Position numbers and translations under genes: made by a program
The notes under the pieces: generated by a model
Seen by the model: only the letters and a program-made list of their open reading frames with translations
Database searches by the model: none
Told to the model about the DNA's origin: nothing
From: Vibrio alginolyticus NBRC 15630 = ATCC 17749
GTDB taxonomy: Bacteria > Pseudomonadota > Gammaproteobacteria > Enterobacterales > Vibrionaceae
DNA length: 32,000 bases
Assembly: GCF_000354175.2 (NCBI RefSeq)
Contig: NC_022349.1
Coordinates: 450,001-482,000 of the forward strand
Direction: 5' to 3'
Shown: positions 23,517-32,000 of the stretch, piece by piece
Position numbering within the stretch: the stretch's first letter is position 1
Layout of the letters: the number at the start of each line of letters is the position of its first letter

Positions 23517-25466
23517 TTAATGAGTGTGTTTGGAAGAATACCAGTTGTTTTGATACGCTTTAGATGCAAATAATGCGTTTGCTTTTGCACGCTCGATAAT
23601 AGACTCGTCCACCTCTAGCGGCTTCATGGTTTGGTCTTTAAAGTCGTACGCCAGGGTCGATATCTTTTCACCAGGGGAAAGCACAACGAGATTGTCGCGC
23701 GTTAAATAACCAAAGTTTTTGTCGTATTGCATCATTGCGCGTTCATCTTCGCGAGCCAGTGGCTTCGTTAAATCACGACCAATCATCGGTGTTTTAGCAT
23801 CTACCCCAATCAGAGATAACAGTGTAGGCGGCATGTCTATGTTGTTTGCTATGCGGTCATCTTTACGTGGTTGAATGCCTTTACCAAGGATCAATGCTGG
23901 AATGTGAAAGTGCTTAACTGGAACAAGGTTAGCGCCAGAAACACGTGCATCATGATCTGCAATTACAATGAAAATGGTATCATCCCAATAAGATGACTTT
24001 TTCGCCTTTTCAAAGAAAGTACCCAAAGCGTAATCGGAATATTTAACGGCGTTCTTACGCGTCATATATTCTGAATCGTATGGCTCAATTTTGCCTTTTG
24101 GATACTCATAAGGGCTATGATTACTTGACGTAAAAACTAAGCTAAAAAAAGGTTTGTCGCTTTTTGAAAGGCGTTCAAACTCTTCGTTTGCTTTGTTATA
24201 TAGATCTTCATCACTAACACCCCAAGAGCCAACAAAGCTTGGGTTGTTATAATCGTCTTCTTCTACTATTTGATCAAAACCGTTACCAAAGAAGAAAGTT
24301 TTCATGTTGTCAAAGTTGGCTTCACCGCCGTAAATAAATTGCGTGTGATAGCCTTGAGCTTTCAGTAAGTCCGCGATGGTAAAGAAACCCGTTTGGCTTT
24401 TACTCAGCTTCACTACCGCGCGAGACGGAGATGGAGGAAAGCCCGTGGTTACGGCTTCAATTCCACGAACAGAACGAGTACCAGTGGCGTACATTTGTGT
24501 GAACTGCCAACCTTCCTTCATGAGTTCATCAAGGTTTGGTGTTAGAGGTAAACCACCCAAAGCACCGACAAATTGGGCGCCTAAGCTTTCTTGTAGCAAA
24601 ATCACTAAGTTTTTATGTTTACCCTGGTAAGTCGCGGGGTTACTGTTCATGGTTGGGAGTAATGAAGGGGTGAAGTCGGACTTTGTTGATGAAGTGCGAA
24701 CTAATTCCAACATCTTTTGAGTGTCCATTTTTCCGTAGAACTGCTCAGCACTCTTTTCTGACTTCATGCTATTAACCGCAAACAACAATGAGTAAGATGA
24801 GTTCAGTGCTAAGTCGTTAAGCAGTGGATCGTTAGAAAAGGCGACCATAGCAGGATTTAGCGGGCGGTGCCCTAAAGATGAGCGAGCACCTGCAACCCCA
24901 AAAAGAACAACGAAAAGTGCCAATAGTGGTCGCCATTTCCAGTTGACCTGCTGCGCCTTATCGGTCAGTTTCTTACTCCACTTCCAACCTAAAGTGATGG
25001 TTAAAACTGTACCTAACGCACCAATAAACAGTTCTAATTTGTAGCCAGTCCAGAGCATACTCAAGACTTCTTTTGGGTAGATTAAGTATTCCACAAACAG
25101 GCGGTTTGGACGTAGGTCGTATTCCTGAATGAATGGCGCTGTTGCTAGCTCCATGTATACAAGCACCCAAAGCCCTAAAACCATCCATATGCGTAATATT
25201 CGCTTCCAACACTCTCCCATCTTACCGGTTAATGGCATGAAGGTTGAAAACAGTGCTGGAAGAATAAATAACCAGCAAAGCGTTGCAATATCTACGCGCA
25301 AACCTTGACCTAGGATGTAAATTAAGTCGTTTAGAGAGTCAATACGGTCAATCTGCCAAAAAGCTAGCAAAACTCTTGAGATAGACAGAAATAGAAGCGA
25401 AAACAAAGAAAAGGCAGCAATTGGCTGCAAAGGCCCCCACACAGAGCTCTTTGATAAGTTTTTCAT
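23517..25466 (-). CDS. LTA-synthase-family membrane protein (N-terminal 5 TM + extracytoplasmic sulfatase/alkaline-phosphatase-superfamily domain; phosphoglycerol-transferase-like)
   Basis: The 649-aa protein has a hydrophobic N-terminal third. It then carries NLVILLQESLG...ATGTRSVRG (nucleophile Thr region), FFSLVFTSSNHSPY and IVIADHD, which are typical of LtaS/MdoB-like enzymes. Confidence 0.8.
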   Translation of the reverse strand: MKNLSKSSVWGPLQPIAAFSLFSLLFLSISRVLLAFWQIDRIDSLNDLIYILGQGLRVDIATLCWLFILPALFSTFMPLTGKMGECWKRILRIWMVLGLWVLVYMELATAPFIQEYDLRPNRLFVEYLIYPKEVLSMLWTGYKLELFIGALGTVLTITLGWKWSKKLTDKAQQVNWKWRPLLALFVVLFGVAGARSSLGHRPLNPAMVAFSNDPLLNDLALNSSYSLLFAVNSMKSEKSAEQFYGKMDTQKMLELVRTSSTKSDFTPSLLPTMNSNPATYQGKHKNLVILLQESLGAQFVGALGGLPLTPNLDELMKEGWQFTQMYATGTRSVRGIEAVTTGFPPSPSRAVVKLSKSQTGFFTIADLLKAQGYHTQFIYGGEANFDNMKTFFFGNGFDQIVEEDDYNNPSFVGSWGVSDEDLYNKANEEFERLSKSDKPFFSLVFTSSNHSPYEYPKGKIEPYDSEYMTRKNAVKYSDYALGTFFEKAKKSSYWDDTIFIVIADHDARVSGANLVPVKHFHIPALILGKGIQPRKDDRIANNIDMPPTLLSLIGVDAKTPMIGRDLTKPLAREDERAMMQYDKNFGYLTRDNLVVLSPGEKISTLAYDFKDQTMKPLEVDESIIERAKANALFASKAYQNNWYSSKHTH

Positions 25467-25604
25467 ATTTATTCGAATAGTTTAATTGTTATGTTGTGTT
25501 GTTTTTAGCAAAGCAAGCGTGAAATAAACGTGAATTATAATGTGGGTTTATGGTCGAGTAGTGTAAGTGTTGGTATGTCTATGTAAGGGGGAGGGGCGTT
25601 TGTG

Positions 25605-25640
25605 TAAAAAAAGAGCCAGTTGATAACACCAACTGGCTCT
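25605..25640 (-). terminator. Rho-independent terminator after proX
   Basis: An 11-bp stem forms between AGAGCCAGTTG (25612-25622) and CAACTGGCTCT (25630-25640). On the minus strand it is followed by T6-7. Confidence 0.88.
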
Positions 25641-25660
25641 AGAGGTTGATAAAGGCATGA

Positions 25661-26668
25661 TTACATTGCGGCTTTCTTCGCTTCTTCGACCCATGCGTCG
25701 AACTTTTTCTGGTTCGCTTTGATCCAACCATTTACATGAGACTCGATGTCCGCTGAGCTGTTCTTACCTTGGCTCATCATCATATTCTGAGCACTAACAT
25801 CATTGATATTTAGTTTGATGATTTCAAATAGCTTCGCAGCAGCAGGGTTTTTTTCCGTAAACTCTTTATTGGCAACGATGCGCATAGAGTTCATCTCGAA
25901 GCCGTAGTTCTTACCGTTCTCTAGTGTCGTATCAATGTCCTTACGCTCACCAGGAAGTGAAGAGAATGGCACTTCTAACCACACAACATCTTTCCCTGGA
26001 ACTAAAACGCCACTTACCCAGTACGGTGTCCAAGTGTAGTAAAGAATCGGATCGCCTTTTTTGTAACGTGAGATCGTATCAGCGATAATCGCCGCGTAGT
26101 TACCTTGGTTGTGTGTTACTGTGCCACGAAGTTTGAAAGCATCCAACTGATGCTCAACAACCATTTCACACCCCCAACCTGGGTTACAACCAGTTAAGTC
26201 CGCTTTGCCATCGCCGTTTGCATCGAATAGCTTCGCCAATTTTGGATCTTTTAACTGACCAATGTTAGTGATGTTATATTTTTCCGCGGTTTTCTTATCG
26301 ATCAAATAACCTTGCGCAGCACCACTTACGTATTGGCCTTTACGGAAGAACTTATCATCACCGCCCGACATCGTGTACTTATCGGCGTGAAGAGGGAACC
26401 AACCAACCGCTAAGAAAGTAGCATCACCTTTAGCAATAGAGGTGTAGCCTACGTTGTAGTCCACTTCTTTGGTCGGTTTAACATCGTAACCAAGCTCTTC
26501 AAGTGCGCGGTTTACGATCAACGTTTGAAATGTTTCTTCTGCAACGGTTGATTGAACAGGCTGAACAGTGACACCTTCACCCGGTAGTTCACTTGCCACA
26601 CCATAAGTTGAAAATGCGATAGTACTTAGAGCTCCAACAGAGAGCGCTTTCTTCCATGAATTATTCAT
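25661..26668 (-). CDS. proX: Glycine betaine/proline betaine ABC transporter substrate-binding protein ProX
   Basis: The sequence is near-colinear with E. coli ProX as I recall it ([78 protein letters not shown]). Confidence 0.95.
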   Translation of the reverse strand: MNNSWKKALSVGALSTIAFSTYGVASELPGEGVTVQPVQSTVAEETFQTLIVNRALEELGYDVKPTKEVDYNVGYTSIAKGDATFLAVGWFPLHADKYTMSGGDDKFFRKGQYVSGAAQGYLIDKKTAEKYNITNIGQLKDPKLAKLFDANGDGKADLTGCNPGWGCEMVVEHQLDAFKLRGTVTHNQGNYAAIIADTISRYKKGDPILYYTWTPYWVSGVLVPGKDVVWLEVPFSSLPGERKDIDTTLENGKNYGFEMNSMRIVANKEFTEKNPAAAKLFEIIKLNINDVSAQNMMMSQGKNSSADIESHVNGWIKANQKKFDAWVEEAKKAAM

Positions 26669-27746
26669 TGATGTTTCTCCTAAGTTTTAGATCGTCTTGG
26701 TTCGTCTTTGTTTTCAGTTTTAATAGGTATGAAACAGGACCTGTGTGATACCAGCGAAGTTTAGTGTTGCCCGCATTAACCCCTAACACCTGGGTGATAC
26801 GGTCTAACAAAATCGCAAGAATAACGATGCCTAAGCCACCAACGGCAGCAAGACCCATATCAAGTCGGCCAATACCACGAAGTACCATTTGGCCTAAGCC
26901 GCCAACAGCAATCATTGAAGCAATCACTACCATAGAAAGTGACAGCATTAAGGTTTGGTTTACACCTGCCATGATAGTTGGTAACGCCAACGGTAACTGG
27001 ATGCGATAAAGCATCTGTTTTTTGTTTGCCCCGAAAGAGTGGCCAGCTTCGATAAGCTCTTCAGGTACTTGCTGAATACCCAAAATAGTCAGGCGCACAA
27101 CGGGAGGCAGGGCGAAAATGATCGTTACTACTACGCCAGGAACGTTACCAATACCAAACAACATAACAATTGGTACAAGGTAAACGAACGCGGGAGTCGT
27201 TTGCATTGCATCTAATATTGGCCTAACAAATTTGGCAGCGGTTTGGCTCCTTGCCAACCATATCCCCATTGGTAGCCCTATAAGCAAACAGAAGAAAACG
27301 GCGGTTAACACCAGTGCTAGCGTTGTCATCGCTTGTGACCACGCACCAATTAGGCCGATGAAAACAAGGGATACAAGAGTAGAAAAACCAAGTTTTACAT
27401 TGGAAAACTGCCACGCTAGCAAAAATAAAATGAGTACCATTATAGGCGCAGGTGTAGACACCAAAGCAGTTTCAAACGACGTTAGAATAAAGTCGATTGG
27501 AACTCGTATTGCTTGGAAAACAGGTCGACCATGTTCCACCAGCCAGTTCAAACCGGACTCTACCCAGCTATCGAGGGGTAAAACCGCATCTTGGAATGGG
27601 TTCATAATATCGAATGGCGCTTGCTCTACAGTTTCTGAGTTGAGCCAATCATTACTTGGCGCGGCCTCTGTACCTTGCGACCAAGGATCATCTTGCGTAG
27701 GAGCAGTATTTGACCAGGGATCATTGTTAGTTTGCTCTGAAGACAT
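26661..27746 (-). CDS. proW: Glycine betaine/proline ABC transporter permease ProW
   Basis: The Trp/Asp-rich N-terminal tail (DPWS..DPWS..DWL) resembles that of E. coli ProW. It is followed by a polytopic permease carrying an EAA-like loop ([18 protein letters not shown]). The gene overlaps proX by 8 nt. Confidence 0.93.
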   Translation of the reverse strand: MSSEQTNNDPWSNTAPTQDDPWSQGTEAAPSNDWLNSETVEQAPFDIMNPFQDAVLPLDSWVESGLNWLVEHGRPVFQAIRVPIDFILTSFETALVSTPAPIMVLILFLLAWQFSNVKLGFSTLVSLVFIGLIGAWSQAMTTLALVLTAVFFCLLIGLPMGIWLARSQTAAKFVRPILDAMQTTPAFVYLVPIVMLFGIGNVPGVVVTIIFALPPVVRLTILGIQQVPEELIEAGHSFGANKKQMLYRIQLPLALPTIMAGVNQTLMLSLSMVVIASMIAVGGLGQMVLRGIGRLDMGLAAVGGLGIVILAILLDRITQVLGVNAGNTKLRWYHTGPVSYLLKLKTKTNQDDLKLRRNINE

Positions 27747-27750
27747 CGTG

Positions 27751-28938
27751 TTAATCCTTATCTAGTGTTTGTAGAAGACGTGATTTAGTCACGACACCAA
27801 AGTAAGTTCCTTTCTCATCTACGACAGGCACGGCATAAGGAACACCAGCAACCAGACCCAAAATGTCATTAATTGACTGATCAGGCTGAAGAGTAACTTC
27901 ATCCGGTAATTGAGCACTGGCTAACGAACGGTTTTCTTTATGAGCCAAACGTAGTGAATCAAGAGATACGATGCCGGAATATCGGCTAGATTTATCGACG
28001 ACAATACCGTAATCACGGTCGTGATCCATCAGAATCTGCATCGCAGAGCCTGGACCGTCATTTTCCGATTTCTTAAAAACAGCCGCTGGCTTCTTGCGCG
28101 CGATATCTTTTGCTGTCAAGACACTTGCGATGTTTACGCCGCGGAAAAACGCTTCGACATAATCATTTGCTGGACTGTGTAATATTTCATCAGGTGTACC
28201 AACCTGAACAACCTCACCGTTTTGCATGATGGCGATACGGTCGCCAATGCGCATTGCTTCATCCAAATCATGAGAAATGAAGACAATTGTGCGTTTGTCA
28301 TCGTTCTGTAGACGAATAAGCTCATCTTGCATCTCAGAACGGATCAATGGGTCTAAAGCGGAAAACGCCTCGTCCATTAATAGGATGTCAGGATCACAGG
28401 CTAACGCTCTCGCTAAACCAACGCGCTGTTTCATACCACCGGATAATTCGTCAGGGAAAGATTCTGCATAAGGGTCTAAACCCACTCTTTCTAGGGCGGA
28501 AAGGGCACTTTTCTGACGCTCATTAACATCGATGCCGGCAAGTTCTAAACCAAAGGCGGCATTTTCAATCACCGTCATGTGTGGCATGAGTGCGAAACTT
28601 TGAAACACCATTGAGATATTATTACGACGAACTTCTCGAAGTTCATTTTCGGAGATGTGGGCGATATCTCTTCCTTTGAGATAAACACTGCCTTTAGTCG
28701 GCTCAATGAGCCGGTTAAGAAGTCGAACAAGGGTGGATTTCCCGGAGCCAGAAAGGCCCATGATTACGAAAATTTCCCCTTCATTTATGGTGAGAGATAC
28801 ATCGTTTACGCCGACTGTTAAACCTGTCTGTTCAAAAATACCGTCTTTATCGACGCCTTTGTCGATAAGCGAGAAGGCTCTCTCTGGGTCTTCTCCAAAC
28901 ACTTTATACAGTCCCTTAACTTCCAGTATGGGATCCAT
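27751..28938 (-). CDS. proV: Glycine betaine/proline ABC transporter ATP-binding protein ProV (with C-terminal CBS pair)
   Basis: The protein has Walker A (GLSGSGKST), the ABC signature ([14 protein letters not shown]), Walker B ([12 protein letters not shown]) and an H-loop (FISHD). Its C-terminal region of about 120 aa resembles a tandem CBS pair. Confidence 0.95.
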   Translation of the reverse strand: MDPILEVKGLYKVFGEDPERAFSLIDKGVDKDGIFEQTGLTVGVNDVSLTINEGEIFVIMGLSGSGKSTLVRLLNRLIEPTKGSVYLKGRDIAHISENELREVRRNNISMVFQSFALMPHMTVIENAAFGLELAGIDVNERQKSALSALERVGLDPYAESFPDELSGGMKQRVGLARALACDPDILLMDEAFSALDPLIRSEMQDELIRLQNDDKRTIVFISHDLDEAMRIGDRIAIMQNGEVVQVGTPDEILHSPANDYVEAFFRGVNIASVLTAKDIARKKPAAVFKKSENDGPGSAMQILMDHDRDYGIVVDKSSRYSGIVSLDSLRLAHKENRSLASAQLPDEVTLQPDQSINDILGLVAGVPYAVPVVDEKGTYFGVVTKSRLLQTLDKD

Positions 28939-29218
28939 GTTATCTGTCCTTTTTCGTGTGTTTATAACTGTTTAACGATTTGTACTCTAATTAATTTTAG
29001 TTCAACTTTCAATGAAAGGGGGTTGGTTAACTAGTTATGCTGTGCATAGAGAATTAGTTGAGCAAGGTCTGTTCAACTCTTGTTTTTTATATTTAAAACA
29101 ATTGCTTGAGATGTGTTTTTATCCGCCATAACGTTGCCCTGACGTAGGGTTGAATTTATTTTGAATTTTTTTGTACATTTCAACTCAACTCACTTGCATA
29201 GATATAAGCCGTGATAGC

Positions 29219-29258
29219 TTAGAGCTCTACATATAAAAAGGTTAGAGCTCTAATTTTT
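29219..29258 (+). terminator. Orphan terminator-like hairpin / pair of identical 10-bp palindromes in the proV-DUF294 intergenic region
   Basis: TTAGAGCTCTA (29219-29229) pairs perfectly (11 bp) with TAGAGCTCTAA (29243-29253) around a 13-nt loop, followed by TTTTT (29254-29258). No plus-strand gene lies upstream for more than 5 kb. Confidence 0.45.
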
Positions 29259-29376
29259 GGTTAAGGCTTGGTCCTGTGAAATCGGTTAGGTACTGTTATC
29301 CTTAGATTTATTTATTGCTTGATTTCACTCAGGGTGATATTTATCGCTGTAGTTTAGGCAACGTATGGAATAAAAA

Positions 29377-31257
29377 ATGGAAGCCGAACAGTTAGAAGTG
29401 CTCAATTTCATTAGCCAGTACCCACCTTTTGATGACCTACCTGAAGAGCAGCTTAGAAAAATTGCTCTCAATGCCGAGGTTGCATACTTTCGGCAAGGAA
29501 CAAAAATCCTTAACTTCGGAGATACGATCCGCGACTTGTATATGGTGAGAAGTGGGGCGGTAGAGATTTATCGACGTAAAGGTGAACTTTACAACAGGAT
29601 TGATGCTGGTGGACTGTTTGGTCAGATGGGGTTGTTGATGAACAACCGCGTACGTATGCCAGCCAAAGCGATAGAAGACACTCTCGTTTACTGCATTCCG
29701 GAAAACATCTTCAATGAACTTTGTGATGAGTTTGAAAACTTTGCGGACTACATGGAACTGGAAGATAGCGCGCGTTTGCGAAGCGCAATATCTAGCCGCT
29801 CCGAAAGCAATGACTTTACCACCGCTAAGGCACGTAAAATCTTAGCAAGAGATCCAGTAACTCTGGAGGCAACGGCTTCAATTCAGGAAGCTGCGATACT
29901 AATGGCAGAGGAAAATGTCACCTCTCTGCTCATTATTCGCCCGACAGAGGAGCTCACAGAAGAAGATGATGAACAGCTGCTTGGAATATTGACTGATCGC
30001 GATCTTTGCATTCGCGTACTAGCTCAAGGTATTGATACCAATATTCCAGTGAGTGAGGTCATGAGTTATGACGTGGTTTCATTGGATTATAACGCCTATG
30101 TGTTTGAGGCCATGTTAACCATGTTGCGTTACAACGTACATCATTTACCAATTTTAAAAGATAAAAAGCCGATAGGAATTATTGGCATGACGGACATCGT
30201 TCGTTACGAATCTCAGAACAGCCTATTGCTAGTGAGCTCTATTTTTCAGCAAACCAGTGTCGAGGATCTCAAGCAGGTTTCTGAACAAGTAAAAGACTGT
30301 TTCGTAAGAATGGTCAATGAAGATGCCAACGCGCACATGATTGGTCGAGCCATGTCGGTTATAGGCAGTAGTTTCAAACAACGCCTCGCTGAATTAGCTG
30401 AGCAAGAGTTCGGCCCAGCGCCCATTCCTTATTGTTTAGTCGCAATGGGTTCAATGGCGAGGGATGAGCAGCTAATTGTAACGGATCAAGATAACGCCCT
30501 TATTCTCGATAACAGTTATGACGTTGAGATTCACGGAGAGTACTTTGAAAAGTTTGCTAAATTTGTTTGTGATGGTTTAGCGGCATGCGGCTATGCTTAT
30601 TGTACTGGAGACATTATGGCTACCAACCCAGAATGGCGAAAAACTCGTGCAGAATGGGAAGAATGCTTTGGAAACTGGATAGACAATCCAACCCCTGAGA
30701 GATTGTTAAATAGTAATATCTTTTTTGATCTCCTCGGTGTGCATGGGCGAGTGAAATGGGCGGAGCAATTAAGCAGCTTTATTGTGAGACGAGCGAAAAG
30801 AAATAACCGCTTTCTTGCTTGTATGGCGTATAACGCAATACGTAGGACGCCTCCACTGGGCTTTTTCAAAGACTTTGTGATGGAGAAAGATGGTCGTCAT
30901 CGCAACTCGATTAACTTGAAGCGAAGGGGGACGGCTCCGTTGGCCGATTTAATACGGGTGCATTCTCTGGCAATCGGTTCGCGATCGCAAAACTCTTTCG
31001 ACCGTTTAGATGACATTAATGATGCTGGCATTTTACCGAAAGGTCGAGGTTTGGATTTAAGGGATGCGATGGAGCTAATCTACATGGTTCGAATTCGTCA
31101 CCAAGCCCTTGATATAGAAAATGGAGAAGAGCCAGACAACAATATTGAGCCGGAGAACATGTCTGAATTTGAACGTCGAAACTTAAAAGCAGCATTTCAA
31201 ATTCTAAGTAACGCTCAGAACTTCATTAAGTTTCGATACCAGAGAAGTAGCAAATAA
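29377..31257 (+). CDS. Cyclic-nucleotide-binding / tandem CBS / DUF294 putative nucleotidyltransferase protein
   Basis: The N-terminus is a cNMP-binding beta-roll (FGDTIRDLYMVRSGAVEIY...GGLFGQMGLL). A CBS pair follows (ILTDRDL...HHLPIL...IGIIGMTDIV). Next comes a pol-beta-type NTase motif (AMGSMARDEQLIVTDQDNALI), and then a helical C-terminal domain of about 170 aa, as in DUF294_C. Confidence 0.85.
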   Translation: MEAEQLEVLNFISQYPPFDDLPEEQLRKIALNAEVAYFRQGTKILNFGDTIRDLYMVRSGAVEIYRRKGELYNRIDAGGLFGQMGLLMNNRVRMPAKAIEDTLVYCIPENIFNELCDEFENFADYMELEDSARLRSAISSRSESNDFTTAKARKILARDPVTLEATASIQEAAILMAEENVTSLLIIRPTEELTEEDDEQLLGILTDRDLCIRVLAQGIDTNIPVSEVMSYDVVSLDYNAYVFEAMLTMLRYNVHHLPILKDKKPIGIIGMTDIVRYESQNSLLLVSSIFQQTSVEDLKQVSEQVKDCFVRMVNEDANAHMIGRAMSVIGSSFKQRLAELAEQEFGPAPIPYCLVAMGSMARDEQLIVTDQDNALILDNSYDVEIHGEYFEKFAKFVCDGLAACGYAYCTGDIMATNPEWRKTRAEWEECFGNWIDNPTPERLLNSNIFFDLLGVHGRVKWAEQLSSFIVRRAKRNNRFLACMAYNAIRRTPPLGFFKDFVMEKDGRHRNSINLKRRGTAPLADLIRVHSLAIGSRSQNSFDRLDDINDAGILPKGRGLDLRDAMELIYMVRIRHQALDIENGEEPDNNIEPENMSEFERRNLKAAFQILSNAQNFIKFRYQRSSK

Positions 31258-32000
31258 TGTGGTTCTCAAAAAAAGTAGAAAAAGAACAGCCGTTGTTGGA
31301 TACATCCCAGACGCCAGAGTGGTCAATGTTGTTCAAACAACTAGCTAAAGAAGCGAAAGACGAGAGGCTCAAACGCTACTATTCGACACCGATGGTTAAT
31401 GGGGAAACACCAATTGAACAAGTGCCATTTGTCTCGGTAGACTTTGAGACAACAGGATTGAACTCGGAAGAGGATGTCATTCTCACGATCGGACTTGTGC
31501 CGTTCACTATTGATCGTGTTCAATGTAATGGTTCTGCTCATTGGGTCGTTAACCCAAACAGAGAGTTAAACCACGAGTCTGTCATTATTCACGGTATCAC
31601 TGACTCTGAGGTTAAAAACGCGCCGCAGCTGTCTCAGATCTTGGGTGAAATATTGGATGCGTTGTCAGGCAAAGTGGTACTTGTTCACTACAAGAACATT
31701 GAAAGGCAGTTCTTTAATAACGCCTTGCTAAATAGCATCGGAGAGGGGATACAGTTTCCTGTTGTTGATACGTTAGATATTGAGTATGCGATACAACGCC
31801 GTGAATGCAGAGGTTTTATCAATAAGTTGAAAGGCAAGAAACCCGGTTCTGTACGATTAGGGCACGCTCGTGAAAGATATGGCCTCCCTGCTTATCAACC
31901 TCACCATGCCCTGACGGATGCGTTAGCAACTGCGGAGCTGTTTCAAGCACAACTGCAGTATCACTTTAATCGAAACATGCCAATATCTTCGGTTTGGCAA
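31257..32000 (+). CDS. DEDDh 3'-5' exonuclease (DnaQ/epsilon-like), 3' end beyond the window
   Basis: This gene is absent from the ORF track because it runs off the window. Its ATG at 31257 overlaps the upstream TAA (TAATG). My own translation is MWFSKKVEKEQPLL...VSVDFETTGL (Exo I)...IIHGITDSEV (Exo II)...HHALTDALATAELF (Exo III with His). The frame stays open to base 32000. Confidence 0.85.
   Translation, partial: MWFSKKVEKEQPLLDTSQTPEWSMLFKQLAKEAKDERLKRYYSTPMVNGETPIEQVPFVSVDFETTGLNSEEDVILTIGLVPFTIDRVQCNGSAHWVVNPNRELNHESVIIHGITDSEVKNAPQLSQILGEILDALSGKVVLVHYKNIERQFFNNALLNSIGEGIQFPVVDTLDIEYAIQRRECRGFINKLKGKKPGSVRLGHARERYGLPAYQPHHALTDALATAELFQAQLQYHFNRNMPISSVWQ

Noticed and set aside
27232-27765. 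A 177-aa plus-strand ORF, plus other 60-100-aa ORFs antisense to or out of frame with proW, proV, the kinase, eamA, marR and the AGCS gene (for example 535-939, 1465-1920, 6590-6862, 7352-7639, 19808-20098)
   Set aside because: All lie entirely inside genes with strong family-level motif support on the other strand or in another frame. They have low-complexity or odd composition and lack SD sequences, so they are most likely shadow ORFs.
28990-29190. Recurrent (G)TTCAACT motifs (about 29003, 29071, 29179) and AGTTGA-N-TCAACT symmetry in the proV upstream region as a regulator site
   Set aside because: A 7-mer occurring three times in AT-rich DNA is weak evidence. I cannot tie it to a known osmoregulator motif from memory, so I left it as unverified background.
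1-32000. A mobile element, prophage, integron cassette array, CRISPR array or defence island
   Set aside because: I found no integrase, transposase, recombinase or phage structural genes. I found no regularly spaced direct repeats and no tRNA attachment site. I found no ATPase, nuclease or toxin combinations typical of defence systems. Gene content and terminator-delimited organisation look like core chromosome.

Overview
This window reads as an ordinary, densely packed chromosomal stretch of a marine Vibrio-like gammaproteobacterium. That assignment is an inference from gene content and from a tandem glycine riboswitch whose second aptamer closely matches what I recall of the V. cholerae VC I-II element. 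I support about 31 protein genes. I saw no tRNA or rRNA genes, no CRISPR array, and no IS, integrase or phage genes. Recognisable genes are an EamA transporter with a divergent marR-yjbR-like pair, a DUF962 gene, a pilW/pilF-like TPR lipoprotein, metA with MetJ boxes, an EmrE-like SMR pump, lpxL, an M32 carboxypeptidase, a LysE exporter, a glycine-riboswitch-controlled Na+/alanine-glycine symporter, a VOC protein, an LTA-synthase/sulfatase membrane enzyme and proVWX. Three things deserve a second look. (1) An 8 kb same-strand sensory cluster (3627-11624) combines a PhnD-like periplasmic binding protein coupled to a GGDEF(GADEF)-EAL protein with a hybrid histidine kinase. The kinase has two receivers and no HPt domain, and it is coupled to a truncated PBP-like periplasmic protein and a dedicated beta-barrel outer-membrane protein. 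(2) A cNMP-binding/CBS/DUF294 nucleotidyltransferase gene overlaps by one base with a DEDDh exonuclease gene (29377 to the window end). (3) An orphan terminator-like double palindrome sits in the proV/DUF294 intergenic region. I cannot show that any of these is truly undescribed without database searches. All homology calls come from motif recognition by eye.
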